A DNA stretch of 62,600 bases, the filler included. It is 6 parts of 6 records of this genome, joined end to end, with 100 filler letters (N's around TTAATTAATTAA, not from the genome) between each part and the next. Parts side by side here need not be neighbours in the genome. Positions count along the whole stretch, not along the records: positions 1 to 16,839 come from SRR20825010_5093; positions 16,940 to 26,847 come from SRR20825010_5118; 4 more parts are not named here. One strand, 5' to 3'. The notes below the pieces were generated by a model. The model had not been told where the DNA came from. It worked only from the letters and a program-made list of their open reading frames with translations, and made no database searches. The position numbers and the translations under genes were made by a program. Shown in pieces: positions 9,477 to 18,545 of this stretch; the stretch's first letter is position 1, and every line of letters starts with the position of its first letter.

Positions 9477-11074
9477 AACAGACTCCCCTGGGCCGGGTCG
9501 GGCTTTTTCGGTTTCGGCTTGGGCTCGGGTTTCGGCTCCACCGGTTTCTCAACCGGCTTGCCGCCACTTCCCGCAACGGGCGCGGGCGTCCCGCCGATGA
9601 CCGCATCGCGGGCGCCATCGCCGAAATGGATGGAAACCCCCTCCCCCTCGGACAAACCCGCCGCGCGCGTGACCGGCGCACCATCCGCATCCCGGACCAG
9701 CGCGAAACCACGCTTCAGGGTCTGTTCATAGGAATTGCTTTCCAGCAGGCGACCCGCCGCGTCCAGCCGTTTTGCCTGTTGATCGACCCCCCGCACAAAA
9801 GCCTGTTCAAACTGAGTTCCGAGCCGGGACAGATCGCGATCGCCGCGGAGTGTCCGCTCGGCAATCGGCTCAAGCCGCAACCGTCCTGCGACGGCACCAA
9901 GCTTGCTGACCGCGACCTCCCCGACCCGGCGGATCGAGGATGCCCAGCGCTGCTCAGCCACCTTGAAGCGGCTCTCCATCCGGTTCAGTTCGGCCTGCGG
10001 ATCCGGGATCTTCGAGGCCAGATCGCGCATCCGGTCATTCGCCCGGGAGAGCCTGCGCTCCGCCGCCGAACCCGCCGCCTGCCAGCGGTAATCCACCGTC
10101 TGCGCCTTCGCCTCGATGATCGAGCGCGGATCGCCGAGCCCGCGCGCAAGGCCGGAGAGCCGGGTTTCCGATTCGGCGAATTTACGGCGCAGCCCGTTGA
10201 ACAGCCGCGTCCCGTCCTGCATCAGCGTCGCCAGCAGATCCGCCCGTACCGGCACCGCGATCTCGGCAGCGGCGGTCGGAGTTGGCGCCCGGCGATCGGA
10301 AGCAAAATCGATCAGTGTGGTGTCCGTCTCATGCCCGACGGCCGAGATCAGCGGGATCTCGCTCGCCGCCGCGGCGCGCACCACGATTTCCTCGTTGAAA
10401 GCCCAAAGGTCTTCCAGACTGCCGCCGCCGCGCGCGACGATCAGCAGATCCGGACGCGGCACGGCACCATCCGGCGCCATCCGGTTGAAACCCTCGATAG
10501 CGGCCGCGACCTGATCCTTCGCCGTCTCGCCCTGCACCAGCACCGGCCAGACCAGCACATGGCTCGGGAATCGGTCGGACAAACGGTGCAGGATATCCCG
10601 AATCACCGCGCCGGTCGGCGAGGTGACAACACCGATGACCTTCGGCAGGAACGGCAGTGGGCGTTTGCGCGCGGCATCGAACAGGCCTTCGGCAGCCAGC
10701 TTCTTGCGCCGGTCTTCCAAGAGCTTCAGCAGCGCGCCTTCGCCCGCCAGCTCCATCTGCTCGATCACCATCTGGTACTTGGAACGGCCGGGGAAGGTGG
10801 TGAGCTTGCCGGTGCAGATCACCTCCATGCCTTCTTCCGGCTGGATCGACAGTTTCTGCGCCGCTCCGCGCCAGCAGATCGCGTCGAGCACCGACTTTTC
10901 GTCCTTCAAGGTCAGGTAAAGGTGGCCGGAGCCTGCCCGTGTCGGCCGGGAAATCTCCCCCCGGACGCGGACATGCTCGAACGCCCCCTCAACGGTGCGT
11001 TTGACCTGATGGGATATCTCACTGACGGAGAATTCGGGAATATTGCCGAGCGGCGGCGCGCTGTCGTCTTGCAT
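9473..11074 (-). CDS. xseA: Exodeoxyribonuclease VII large subunit
   Basis: SGHLYLTLKD, TSPTGAVIRDI, RGGGSLEDLWAFNEE, SAVGHETD and RAPTPTAAAE motifs. Confidence 0.95.
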   Translation of the reverse strand: MQDDSAPPLGNIPEFSVSEISHQVKRTVEGAFEHVRVRGEISRPTRAGSGHLYLTLKDEKSVLDAICWRGAAQKLSIQPEEGMEVICTGKLTTFPGRSKYQMVIEQMELAGEGALLKLLEDRRKKLAAEGLFDAARKRPLPFLPKVIGVVTSPTGAVIRDILHRLSDRFPSHVLVWPVLVQGETAKDQVAAAIEGFNRMAPDGAVPRPDLLIVARGGGSLEDLWAFNEEIVVRAAAASEIPLISAVGHETDTTLIDFASDRRAPTPTAAAEIAVPVRADLLATLMQDGTRLFNGLRRKFAESETRLSGLARGLGDPRSIIEAKAQTVDYRWQAAGSAAERRLSRANDRMRDLASKIPDPQAELNRMESRFKVAEQRWASSIRRVGEVAVSKLGAVAGRLRLEPIAERTLRGDRDLSRLGTQFEQAFVRGVDQQAKRLDAAGRLLESNSYEQTLKRGFALVRDADGAPVTRAAGLSEGEGVSIHFGDGARDAVIGGTPAPVAGSGGKPVEKPVEPKPEPKPKPKKPDPAQGSLL

Positions 11075-11125
11075 GAAAGGAATTTATGCTACAAGGCCGC
11101 CGAGTGAAAGCATGGGAACAGGAAA

Positions 11126-12415
11126 ATGAAGATATTGGTCGTCGGATCGGGTGCGCGGGAACATGCCTTGTGCTGGGCCATTTCGGCTTCTCCGCTTTGC
11201 GATCAGCTTTATTGCGCGCCGGGTAATGCCGGAATTGCCACTGTCGCCGAATGCGTCGAGGTAAAGGCCGAGGATATCGACGGGGTCGTTACCTTCGCCA
11301 GGGAAAACGCCATCGACTTCGTTGTCGTCGGCCCGGAAGCCCCGCTGGTCGCAGGATTGGTGGACAAGCTGGAAGATGCCGGCATCAAGGCCTTCGGGCC
11401 GAGCGCCGCCGCGGCCCAGCTCGAAGGCTCCAAGGCTTTCACCAAGGGGATCTGCGACCGGCACAATATCCCGACCGCCGCTTATGCCCGCTTCACCGAT
11501 CTGGAAGCGGCGAAGGACTACGTCACGAAAATGGGCGCCCCCATCGTCATCAAGGCGGACGGGCTGGCTGCCGGCAAGGGCGTGACCGTCGCCCAGACGG
11601 TCAATGAAGCAATCTCCGCGCTTGAAGACGCGCTGTCCGGCGGCGCCTTCGGTGCGGCTGGTGAAGAGGTCGTGATTGAGGAATGCCTGATCGGCGAGGA
11701 AGCCAGCTTCTTCGCACTCTGCGACGGCAAGACCGCGCTCCCGCTGGCCACCGCCCAGGATCACAAAGCTGTCGGCGACGGCGATACCGGACCGAACACG
11801 GGCGGTATGGGGGCCTATTCACCCGCCCCGGTGATGGACGACGCCATGGTCCAGCGGGTGATGAAGGAAATTGTCCAGCCAACCGTCGACGGCATGGCGG
11901 CCGAGGGCATGCCGTTCAAGGGTGTGCTGTTCGCCGGGCTGATGATCACGGAGGACGGCCCCAAGCTGATCGAACATAATGTCCGGTTCGGCGATCCCGA
12001 ATGCGAAGCGCTGATGATGCGGCTGATGAGCGACATCCTGCCCGCGCTGATCGCCTCGGTGGACAGCCAGCTCGACCAGATCACCCTGCGCTGGCGGCCG
12101 GAGAGCGCGCTCTGCGTCGTGCTCGCCTCGAAGGGCTATCCCAATTCCTACGAGAAAGGCACGCTGATCGCCGAACTTGCGCCGGACAGCGATACCGTGA
12201 CCACGTTCCATGCCGGCACCGCCCGCACGGACAAAGGCGTCCTGCTCGCCACCGGCGGCCGCGTGCTCGTCGTGACCGCCCTGGGAGAGAGCGTCACTGC
12301 CGCCCAGGCCAGTGCCTACGAGACGGTCAAAGCCATCAAATGGTCGAACGGTTTCTACCGTCGGGATATTGGCTGGAGAGCAATTACCCGGGAAACCAGC
12401 ATGGCTGATAAGTAA
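11126..12415 (+). CDS. purD: Phosphoribosylamine--glycine ligase
   Basis: [32 protein letters not shown] and RFGDPE motifs. Confidence 0.97.
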   Translation: MKILVVGSGAREHALCWAISASPLCDQLYCAPGNAGIATVAECVEVKAEDIDGVVTFARENAIDFVVVGPEAPLVAGLVDKLEDAGIKAFGPSAAAAQLEGSKAFTKGICDRHNIPTAAYARFTDLEAAKDYVTKMGAPIVIKADGLAAGKGVTVAQTVNEAISALEDALSGGAFGAAGEEVVIEECLIGEEASFFALCDGKTALPLATAQDHKAVGDGDTGPNTGGMGAYSPAPVMDDAMVQRVMKEIVQPTVDGMAAEGMPFKGVLFAGLMITEDGPKLIEHNVRFGDPECEALMMRLMSDILPALIASVDSQLDQITLRWRPESALCVVLASKGYPNSYEKGTLIAELAPDSDTVTTFHAGTARTDKGVLLATGGRVLVVTALGESVTAAQASAYETVKAIKWSNGFYRRDIGWRAITRETSMADK

Positions 12416-12548
12416 AATTTTCCAAAAAACAAACATAGTTCTTAGATTTCATTCATTTAACATTCACATACAAAAGGATTTAAAATCCCTCGGAATGAAA
12501 TAGAAAGTACAGTAATATCCGCGTCTTCAGTCCTCAGGGCGAGTTTTA

Positions 12549-14351
12549 GTGCTTGATATGAACTCAGCAGTTGCAACGCCCGCTCTCGGTGTCGAGCTTG
12601 TTGAAGCATTCCCGCCTCTGAAAGATATAGTTCACGGGGTCAGCCACGCGTTTCAGCCAATCGTCCACCTCGATACCGGCCTGACGCACGGCTTCGAGGC
12701 CCTGTTGCGCGGCACGGACGCATTAGGCTTCAAAAGCATTGCCCAGCTGTTCGATCTGGCCGCCGAAAACGGCGTCGTGGAAGAGCTTGAATCGCAATTG
12801 CTGACCAAGGCCCTGAAAAATTTCGCCAATCTCTCCTGCGCCGAAGGACTGCATCTGTTCTTCAATATCGACGCCCGCAGTCTGCCCGAGATCGGCCGTA
12901 ATATTCCGAAGACCCTGAACGACATGGCCGCCCTTGGCCTCTCCAGCACGCAACTCTGCCTTGAAGTCTCCGAGAAATCGGACATCTCGCAGGACAGCGC
13001 GGCCACCCGGGCCCTGCGCGAAGCCCGCGACAAGGGCATCCAGATCGCGCTGGACGATTTCGGCGAAGGCTATGCACGGCTGCGATTGCTGCATGAAGAA
13101 CATGCCGAATATGTGAAATTCGACCGCTATTTCATCAACAATGTCGCCCGCGACCCGAAGAAGAAGCTGTTCGTTTCCAGTCTGATCGACATGTTCGAAG
13201 TGCTCGGCATCCAGACCATCGCCGAAGGCGTGGAAACGGACGAAGATCTTGCCAGTTGCCGGGAACTCGGCTTCGACATGGTGCAGGGCTATCTCGTTGC
13301 CCGACCGACGCTGGACCACGAAAGCCTGAGCCGGAGCTACGAAAGCCTGATATCGGCCCGGCGGCGCGACCGGCGCTCGCAGACATCGGACAAGCATCTG
13401 CTTAGCGAGCAGATCGTGGATGTGCCGACCCTCAGCATCGAAACACCGATGCAGGATGTTTTCGACGCCTTCCGCACCAACGAAAGCGCCCGCCTGTTTC
13501 CGGTGCTCGATGCCAATCGGCGGCCGCTCGGCATCGTGCGGGATGCCGATCTCAAGGCCTATGCCTTCTCTCCTTACGGCAAGGATCTGATCGTGAACCG
13601 CAGCTTCGGCAAGCGGCTCGGTGATTTTGTCCGCCCCTGCCCGGTTGCGGATATTCACACCCAGGCGGAACGCATCCTGCAGATCTACAGCCATAACGAC
13701 GCGCTGAACGGTGTGATCATCGTCGAGAATGCCCAATATGCGGGCTTTCTCGACAATTCATCGCTGCTGCGGGTTCTGAACGAGAAAAACCTGATCACCG
13801 CCCGCGAAGCGAACCCGCTGACGAAGCTGCCCGGCAACACCGCCATCTCGGACTTCATCGCCGATGCATTGACCGAGGACGACCAAACGCGGGCGCTGCT
13901 GCATTTCGACTTCGATAATTTCAAGCCGTTCAACGACACCTACGGTTTCCGCCAGGGCGACCGCGCCCTGCTGCTCTTTGCGGAGACCTTGCGGCAGGTC
14001 TTCACCGGCCCGGAATTCTTTCTCGGGCATATCGGCGGCGATGATTTTTTCGTCGGCGCCTGCGGCCTGCCGCCAACTGAAATCAGTCGGCTGGCCTATG
14101 AGGCCCGCAAGCAGTTCGCTGTTGATGTGGAAAGCTTTTACGACAAGGAAGCACGCGAGCGCGGCTCGATCGAAGCGCGCGGGCGGGACGGCAATCTGCG
14201 CTCCTATCCGCTTCTGACCTGCAGCGCCGCCATGCTGGTGGTCGATCCCGGCGAACACCAGTCGGATCTGGAAACCGTCCTGACGGCGTTCGCCGAGCTG
14301 AAGAAACGGGCGAAAGAGGAAGGCGGCTTCGCCTTCCATCAAATTCAGTAG
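12549..14351 (+). CDS. EAL-CBS-GGDEF c-di-GMP metabolism protein
   Basis: N-terminal EAL domain (EALLR, DDFGEG, AEGVE, QGY), a central CBS-like pair, and a C-terminal GGDDF domain (NPLTKLPGN, FKPFNDTYG). Confidence 0.9.
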   Translation: MLDMNSAVATPALGVELVEAFPPLKDIVHGVSHAFQPIVHLDTGLTHGFEALLRGTDALGFKSIAQLFDLAAENGVVEELESQLLTKALKNFANLSCAEGLHLFFNIDARSLPEIGRNIPKTLNDMAALGLSSTQLCLEVSEKSDISQDSAATRALREARDKGIQIALDDFGEGYARLRLLHEEHAEYVKFDRYFINNVARDPKKKLFVSSLIDMFEVLGIQTIAEGVETDEDLASCRELGFDMVQGYLVARPTLDHESLSRSYESLISARRRDRRSQTSDKHLLSEQIVDVPTLSIETPMQDVFDAFRTNESARLFPVLDANRRPLGIVRDADLKAYAFSPYGKDLIVNRSFGKRLGDFVRPCPVADIHTQAERILQIYSHNDALNGVIIVENAQYAGFLDNSSLLRVLNEKNLITAREANPLTKLPGNTAISDFIADALTEDDQTRALLHFDFDNFKPFNDTYGFRQGDRALLLFAETLRQVFTGPEFFLGHIGGDDFFVGACGLPPTEISRLAYEARKQFAVDVESFYDKEARERGSIEARGRDGNLRSYPLLTCSAAMLVVDPGEHQSDLETVLTAFAELKKRAKEEGGFAFHQIQ

Positions 14352-14373
14352 GCCAAATTCAGTAGGCCAAATT
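14340..14373 (+). repeat. 14-bp tandem duplication spanning the EAL/GGDEF stop codon
   Basis: CAAATTCAGTAGGC twice, followed by CAAATT. Confidence 0.85.
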
Positions 14374-14383
14374 AAACAAGCCG

Positions 14384-14659
14384 TCAGAGACTGCTTGTCG
14401 GCTTGCCGAAGATCTTCTCGAACGCGGCCTTGATCTCCTCGCGCTCTTCCTCGGTAAAATCGACCATCTCGTCGATGAAATCTTTCTGCTCCCGCAGCGA
14501 GCGCTCGCACATTGAATGGAAGATATCCATCAGGACGCGAAAGGCACTGAAGCGCGGGTTTCCGACCGGATCGGAGCGCACTTCGAACACCGAGATAATG
14601 CCGCCCATCTTGCGGACCATATGCTCCAGTTCGGCAGTTCTGCCCTTGTCGAGTGCCAC
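14384..14659 (-). CDS. Hypothetical 91-aa protein
   Basis: GTG start after AAGGGAG, globular composition, fills the gap between the two c-di-GMP genes. Confidence 0.7.
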   Translation of the reverse strand: MALDKGRTAELEHMVRKMGGIISVFEVRSDPVGNPRFSAFRVLMDIFHSMCERSLREQKDFIDEMVDFTEEEREEIKAAFEKIFGKPTSSL

Positions 14660-14787
14660 AATGGTTCTCCCTTAAGCCGGATGAGATGACTGATTAAAGT
14701 TAAAAGCGCGCCATCATACCCAGCGCACATGATGCGGCAATCTCATTCCCCGCCATTGCCCATGCCCCGGGCATACGCAGTGCCGCT

Positions 14788-15645
14788 TCAGATCAGCTCG
14801 GCGGTCCAGACCACAACCTGATCCCGGCCGTTATTCTTGGCCTCATAGAGCGCCCGGTCCGCCCGCTCCATGAGCTCGTTCAGTTTCCGCCGCGGCACGA
14901 GCTGCGCCACACCGAACGACACGGTCACGGAAAGCGAATCACCATTATCAATCGGCACAGGAGTCTCGGAAATTGTCGCGCGCACCCGGTCGAGAACACG
15001 GCGTGCGTCCTCGGGGGCCGTATCCGGCAGGCAGATCAGAAATTCCTCGCCGCCGAACCGGTAAATCGAATCATAAGGTCTGAGCGAGTCCTCAATGATC
15101 CGGGTCACCCGGGCAAGCACCCGGTCGCCAGCCTGATGCCCGTAGGTATCGTTGACCGACTTGAACCGGTCGATATCGGCAATGGCGATTGAGCAGGGAC
15201 GGCCGCTGCGCCGCATCCGCTGCTGCTCGCGCATCAGCTCTTTTTCCATGGTCATGCGGGTGTTGGTGCCGGTCAGCGGATCGAGATCGGAAAGCGCCGC
15301 CCGGAAGGCGCGGGCCATGCGGCCGGCCTGCTCGTTGAAGCTGTCGATCTTGTGCAGCAGCGCGTCATATTCCTCGGTCGGAATCTTGTCATCCTTCCAG
15401 CCCCGCACGGCGAGGATGGCGGCATGCGCGTAAAGCCCCTGATGCATGCCGACGAGCATGGCGAAGGCAGGCTGCGAGAAAATGTCGTCATCCCGATGGG
15501 TGGAATACCAGCGCCCGAAGCGGCTCATCCGGTGTGCGTCTTCCGTCACGACTTCCGGATCGGGACGCAACTGGCAGACCAGCGCCCGGTGAAACAGGGC
15601 AAGCCATTGCCGCGTTTCTTCCATCGCGGCCTCAAGCTCGCGCAC
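14788..15645 (-). CDS. Diguanylate cyclase with N-terminal CZB-like domain (DgcZ architecture); start may lie upstream
   Basis: QWL...FGRW...HQ CZB-like segment, DPLTG, DIDRFKSVNDTYGH, RPYD I-site and GGEEF. Confidence 0.9.
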   Translation of the reverse strand: MRELEAAMEETRQWLALFHRALVCQLRPDPEVVTEDAHRMSRFGRWYSTHRDDDIFSQPAFAMLVGMHQGLYAHAAILAVRGWKDDKIPTEEYDALLHKIDSFNEQAGRMARAFRAALSDLDPLTGTNTRMTMEKELMREQQRMRRSGRPCSIAIADIDRFKSVNDTYGHQAGDRVLARVTRIIEDSLRPYDSIYRFGGEEFLICLPDTAPEDARRVLDRVRATISETPVPIDNGDSLSVTVSFGVAQLVPRRKLNELMERADRALYEAKNNGRDQVVVWTAELI

Positions 15646-15825
15646 GATTTCCTCAAGCTGACGGCGGGACAGCGCCGCGTCCGTCGCCTGCTGCTGCGAG
15701 GAAGTATCCTGAGCCGAGATCGTACTATTCCTTCGTTATACCGTGCCGATCCCATGTCCCGGTCAGAGCCTATCGGCTCTCACCGGCACAACCAAGCTCA
15801 ATGAGCGAAATGTTTAACCGGTCGT

Positions 15826-16839
15826 TCAGCCAGCCAGTTCAGGCCGGTTCTCATAAAGCTTCAGTGCTTCCGGGTTGGCCAGCGCCTCGACATTCTTCAC
15901 CGGACGGCCATGCACGACATTGCGCACGGCCAGCTCGACGATCTTGCCGCTCTTGGTCCGGGGAATATCGGCAACCGCGATGATCTTGGCCGGCACATGG
16001 CGCGGGGACGCGCCCTTGCGCACCGTATCCTTGATCTTCTTGGTCAGCGCATCATCCAGGCTCACACCTTCGGCCAGGCGGATGAACAGCACAACGCGGA
16101 CATCGTCATCCCAGTCCTGTCCGATCACCAGCCCTTCCAGCACTTCCGGCAGCTTCTCGACCTGTCGGTAGATCTCCGCCGTGCCGATACGCACGCCGCC
16201 CGGATTGAGCACCGCGTCGGAACGGCCATAGATCACCATGCCGCCGCGCGGGGTCAGTTCCACATAGTCGCCGTGGCACCAGATGTTGTCGTAGCTCTCG
16301 AAATAGGCGCCCCGGTACTTCGCCCCGTCCGGATCGTTCCAGAACATGATCGGCATGCAGGGGAACGGACGGGTGCAGACCAACTCGCCCTTCTCGCCGA
16401 CCACCGGCTTGCCGTCATCGTCGAACACATTGACCGCGAGGCCGAGGCCGCGCGTCTGGATCTCGCCACGCCAGACCGGCCCGACCGGATTGCCCAGCAC
16501 GAAGCAGGAGACGATGTCCGTCCCGCCGGAGATCGAGGAGAGCTGGATATCGGACTTGATCGACCGGTAGACGTAGTCGAAGCCTTCCGGCACCAGCGGC
16601 GAGCCGGTCGAGGTCATCGCCCGCACGGTCGAGAGGTCGTGGGTGTCCTTCGGCTGCAAACCGCCCTTGTTCAATGCGTCGATATATTTCGCCGACGTGC
16701 CGAACAGCGTCATTTTCTCCGCGTCGGCATAGTCGAACAGGATATTGCCGTCCGGATGGAACGGGTTGCCGTCATAGAGCAGCAGCGTCGCCTCCGACGC
16801 GAGACCACTGATCAGCCAGTTCCACATCATCCAGCCGCA
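15826..16839 (-). CDS. Acetoacetate--CoA ligase, 3' part (5' end lost at contig break)
   Basis: [34 protein letters not shown] and [13 protein letters not shown] motifs. Confidence 0.92.
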   Translation of the reverse strand, partial: CGWMMWNWLISGLASEATLLLYDGNPFHPDGNILFDYADAEKMTLFGTSAKYIDALNKGGLQPKDTHDLSTVRAMTSTGSPLVPEGFDYVYRSIKSDIQLSSISGGTDIVSCFVLGNPVGPVWRGEIQTRGLGLAVNVFDDDGKPVVGEKGELVCTRPFPCMPIMFWNDPDGAKYRGAYFESYDNIWCHGDYVELTPRGGMVIYGRSDAVLNPGGVRIGTAEIYRQVEKLPEVLEGLVIGQDWDDDVRVVLFIRLAEGVSLDDALTKKIKDTVRKGASPRHVPAKIIAVADIPRTKSGKIVELAVRNVVHGRPVKNVEALANPEALKLYENRPELAG

Positions 16840-16939
16840 NNNNNNNNNNNNNNNNNNNNNNNNNNNNNNNNNNNNNNNNNNNNTTAATTAATTAANNNNN
16901 NNNNNNNNNNNNNNNNNNNNNNNNNNNNNNNNNNNNNNN
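16840..16939. other. Artificial contig spacer
   Basis: N44-TTAATTAATTAA-N44, with stops in all six frames. Confidence 0.99.
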
Positions 16940-16964
16940 TCCGAATTCTGGCGAATCCGGCTAC
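16940..16964 (-). repeat. GTAG-type REP-like palindrome at contig end
   Basis: Minus strand reads GTAG-CCGGATTC-GCCA-GAATTCGG. Confidence 0.65.
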
Positions 16965-16993
16965 GGTTGAACGGTAGGTTTGTTGCTTAGCAC

Positions 16994-17860
16994 CTAGTTT
17001 TCGAACTCGGTGTCGCTGAGTTCGAAGACGACTTGCACCGACGCAGAAAGTGTCATCAGGCCAGCTTCGATCGAGCCGCCCGAGGATTCGGTTCCAAACA
17101 ATTGCATGCTGTTGCTGAATGGATCGGAACCTCGAGATGTTTCCTGAACGCTCAGCACGCGAGCGACCTTGGCATCGAGGGCTCCCGCCATGTCACTGGC
17201 TTTTTCGCGAGCTGCAGCTATCGCTTTGATGCGAGCGGCACGGCGATGTTGAATCTGATCGGAGTTCATCCACTGGATTCCAGCGATGGAGTTGACTCCG
17301 CGTTCCAGGATTCCGGTGTAGACCGTTTCAAACTGCTCGATGTCTCGGACCATGATCGTCAGTTGCCGACTGGCCGAATACCCGATGGGTTGGTTCTGCT
17401 GCAGTTGATCGCGAACGTTTGAGGCTGGAGCTTGGTTTGGAGCGGTTTGCTGTGGCGTTGCGTCGCCAAAAAGATCGTCGAGCCCTTGCGACTGCTGCAC
17501 CGCGTAGGTTTGCTTCGTGTATTGCCCCTTTTGACCTTTTGGGTAAATGGGTGAAAGCACGATCGATTCCGTACGTATGTCCTTGGCTTCGATCCCCTGG
17601 CTCTTCAGAAACTGCACCACGCGATTGACTTGATCGGAGGTTCTGCGGGCCGCTTCGGTTACCTCTTCCTCCCGTGACTCAATCGCGAAACGCAGCGTCA
17701 CGCTGTCGGGCGCAACCTTTGTGTCGGCGGTGGCGTGCACGGTTAATTTCGACCGAGTGTCGATGCCGTCATCCGCGATGCAGTGCGTCAACGGCAGGGC
17801 AGTGGTCGCGGTGATCGCCGCGATGATCACGCGGTATTTCCAAACTTTGCGAATTGACAT
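16994..17860 (-). CDS. SIMPL (DUF541) domain exported protein
   Basis: ATG 17860 after AAGGAG; signal peptide; VAPD, GIEAKDIRT and AIAAAREKA segments. Confidence 0.85.
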   Translation of the reverse strand: MSIRKVWKYRVIIAAITATTALPLTHCIADDGIDTRSKLTVHATADTKVAPDSVTLRFAIESREEEVTEAARRTSDQVNRVVQFLKSQGIEAKDIRTESIVLSPIYPKGQKGQYTKQTYAVQQSQGLDDLFGDATPQQTAPNQAPASNVRDQLQQNQPIGYSASRQLTIMVRDIEQFETVYTGILERGVNSIAGIQWMNSDQIQHRRAARIKAIAAAREKASDMAGALDAKVARVLSVQETSRGSDPFSNSMQLFGTESSGGSIEAGLMTLSASVQVVFELSDTEFEN

Positions 17861-17987
17861 GCGAGGGCTCCTTGGACGGGGAAGAACCAGTAGGGCTCTC
17901 ATTCTAGTGCATCCGCCATTCACTCTGCCGGACCTGTGAATCCGATGCACACCGTCAACGTCGCTGGTCTCAGAGGTGAGAGCATCG

Positions 17988-18545
17988 TTATCCGACCGAC
18001 GTTTGAAATTCACGAATGAATTGTTGGACGACCGGACGGTTCGTCAGCCGTGGATTGATATGAGGACGCTTTTCCAATAGCCACGCCTGGGCCTGTTCGG
18101 GAGTCATCTCTTTATGAGCGATCAGCCAACAAATCGCGATGGTGGCACTACGAGCCCGACCGGCTTTGCAGTGAATGTAGACCGCTTTGCCTGATTCGAC
18201 ATTTCGTTGAATGAAGGCGACACCCGTGATCACGTCTTGCAGGCTGGGGTGCGTGAAATCGGTAATCGGCAGATGCAGTTGCTCGATGTCGTGTTTGGAA
18301 TACTCATCGACGGGGCCGACATACTCTTCGCAGGTGTTGACGACACCGCCGACATTGAGTTCCGCCATTTGCGGGACGTCACGAGCGAAAGGTCGAGCAC
18401 CGACGATCACCAACGGATCGATCCAGTCAAACCAATTGCGGACTTTGAGAACACGTCCCAGCAACATGTTCCACCATAAGGTCGGGAGGAACACGATGCG
18501 GGCGTACAATCGCCTCAGCCAACCGGACTGGATGGGACCGCTCAC
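17988..18545 (-). CDS. Dual-specificity phosphatase, PTPMT1-type phosphatidylglycerophosphate phosphatase
   Basis: Active-site loop IHCKAGRARSAT, N-terminal FLPTLWWN, C-terminal KRPHI. Confidence 0.85.
   Translation of the reverse strand: MSGPIQSGWLRRLYARIVFLPTLWWNMLLGRVLKVRNWFDWIDPLVIVGARPFARDVPQMAELNVGGVVNTCEEYVGPVDEYSKHDIEQLHLPITDFTHPSLQDVITGVAFIQRNVESGKAVYIHCKAGRARSATIAICWLIAHKEMTPEQAQAWLLEKRPHINPRLTNRPVVQQFIREFQTSVG

Noticed and set aside
9434-11107. 557-aa + strand ORF
   Set aside because: Antisense shadow of xseA in high-GC DNA, with no motifs.
12416-12548. AT-rich island after purD as a sign of foreign DNA
   Set aside because: It is short and intergenic, consistent with an ordinary promoter region for the EAL gene.
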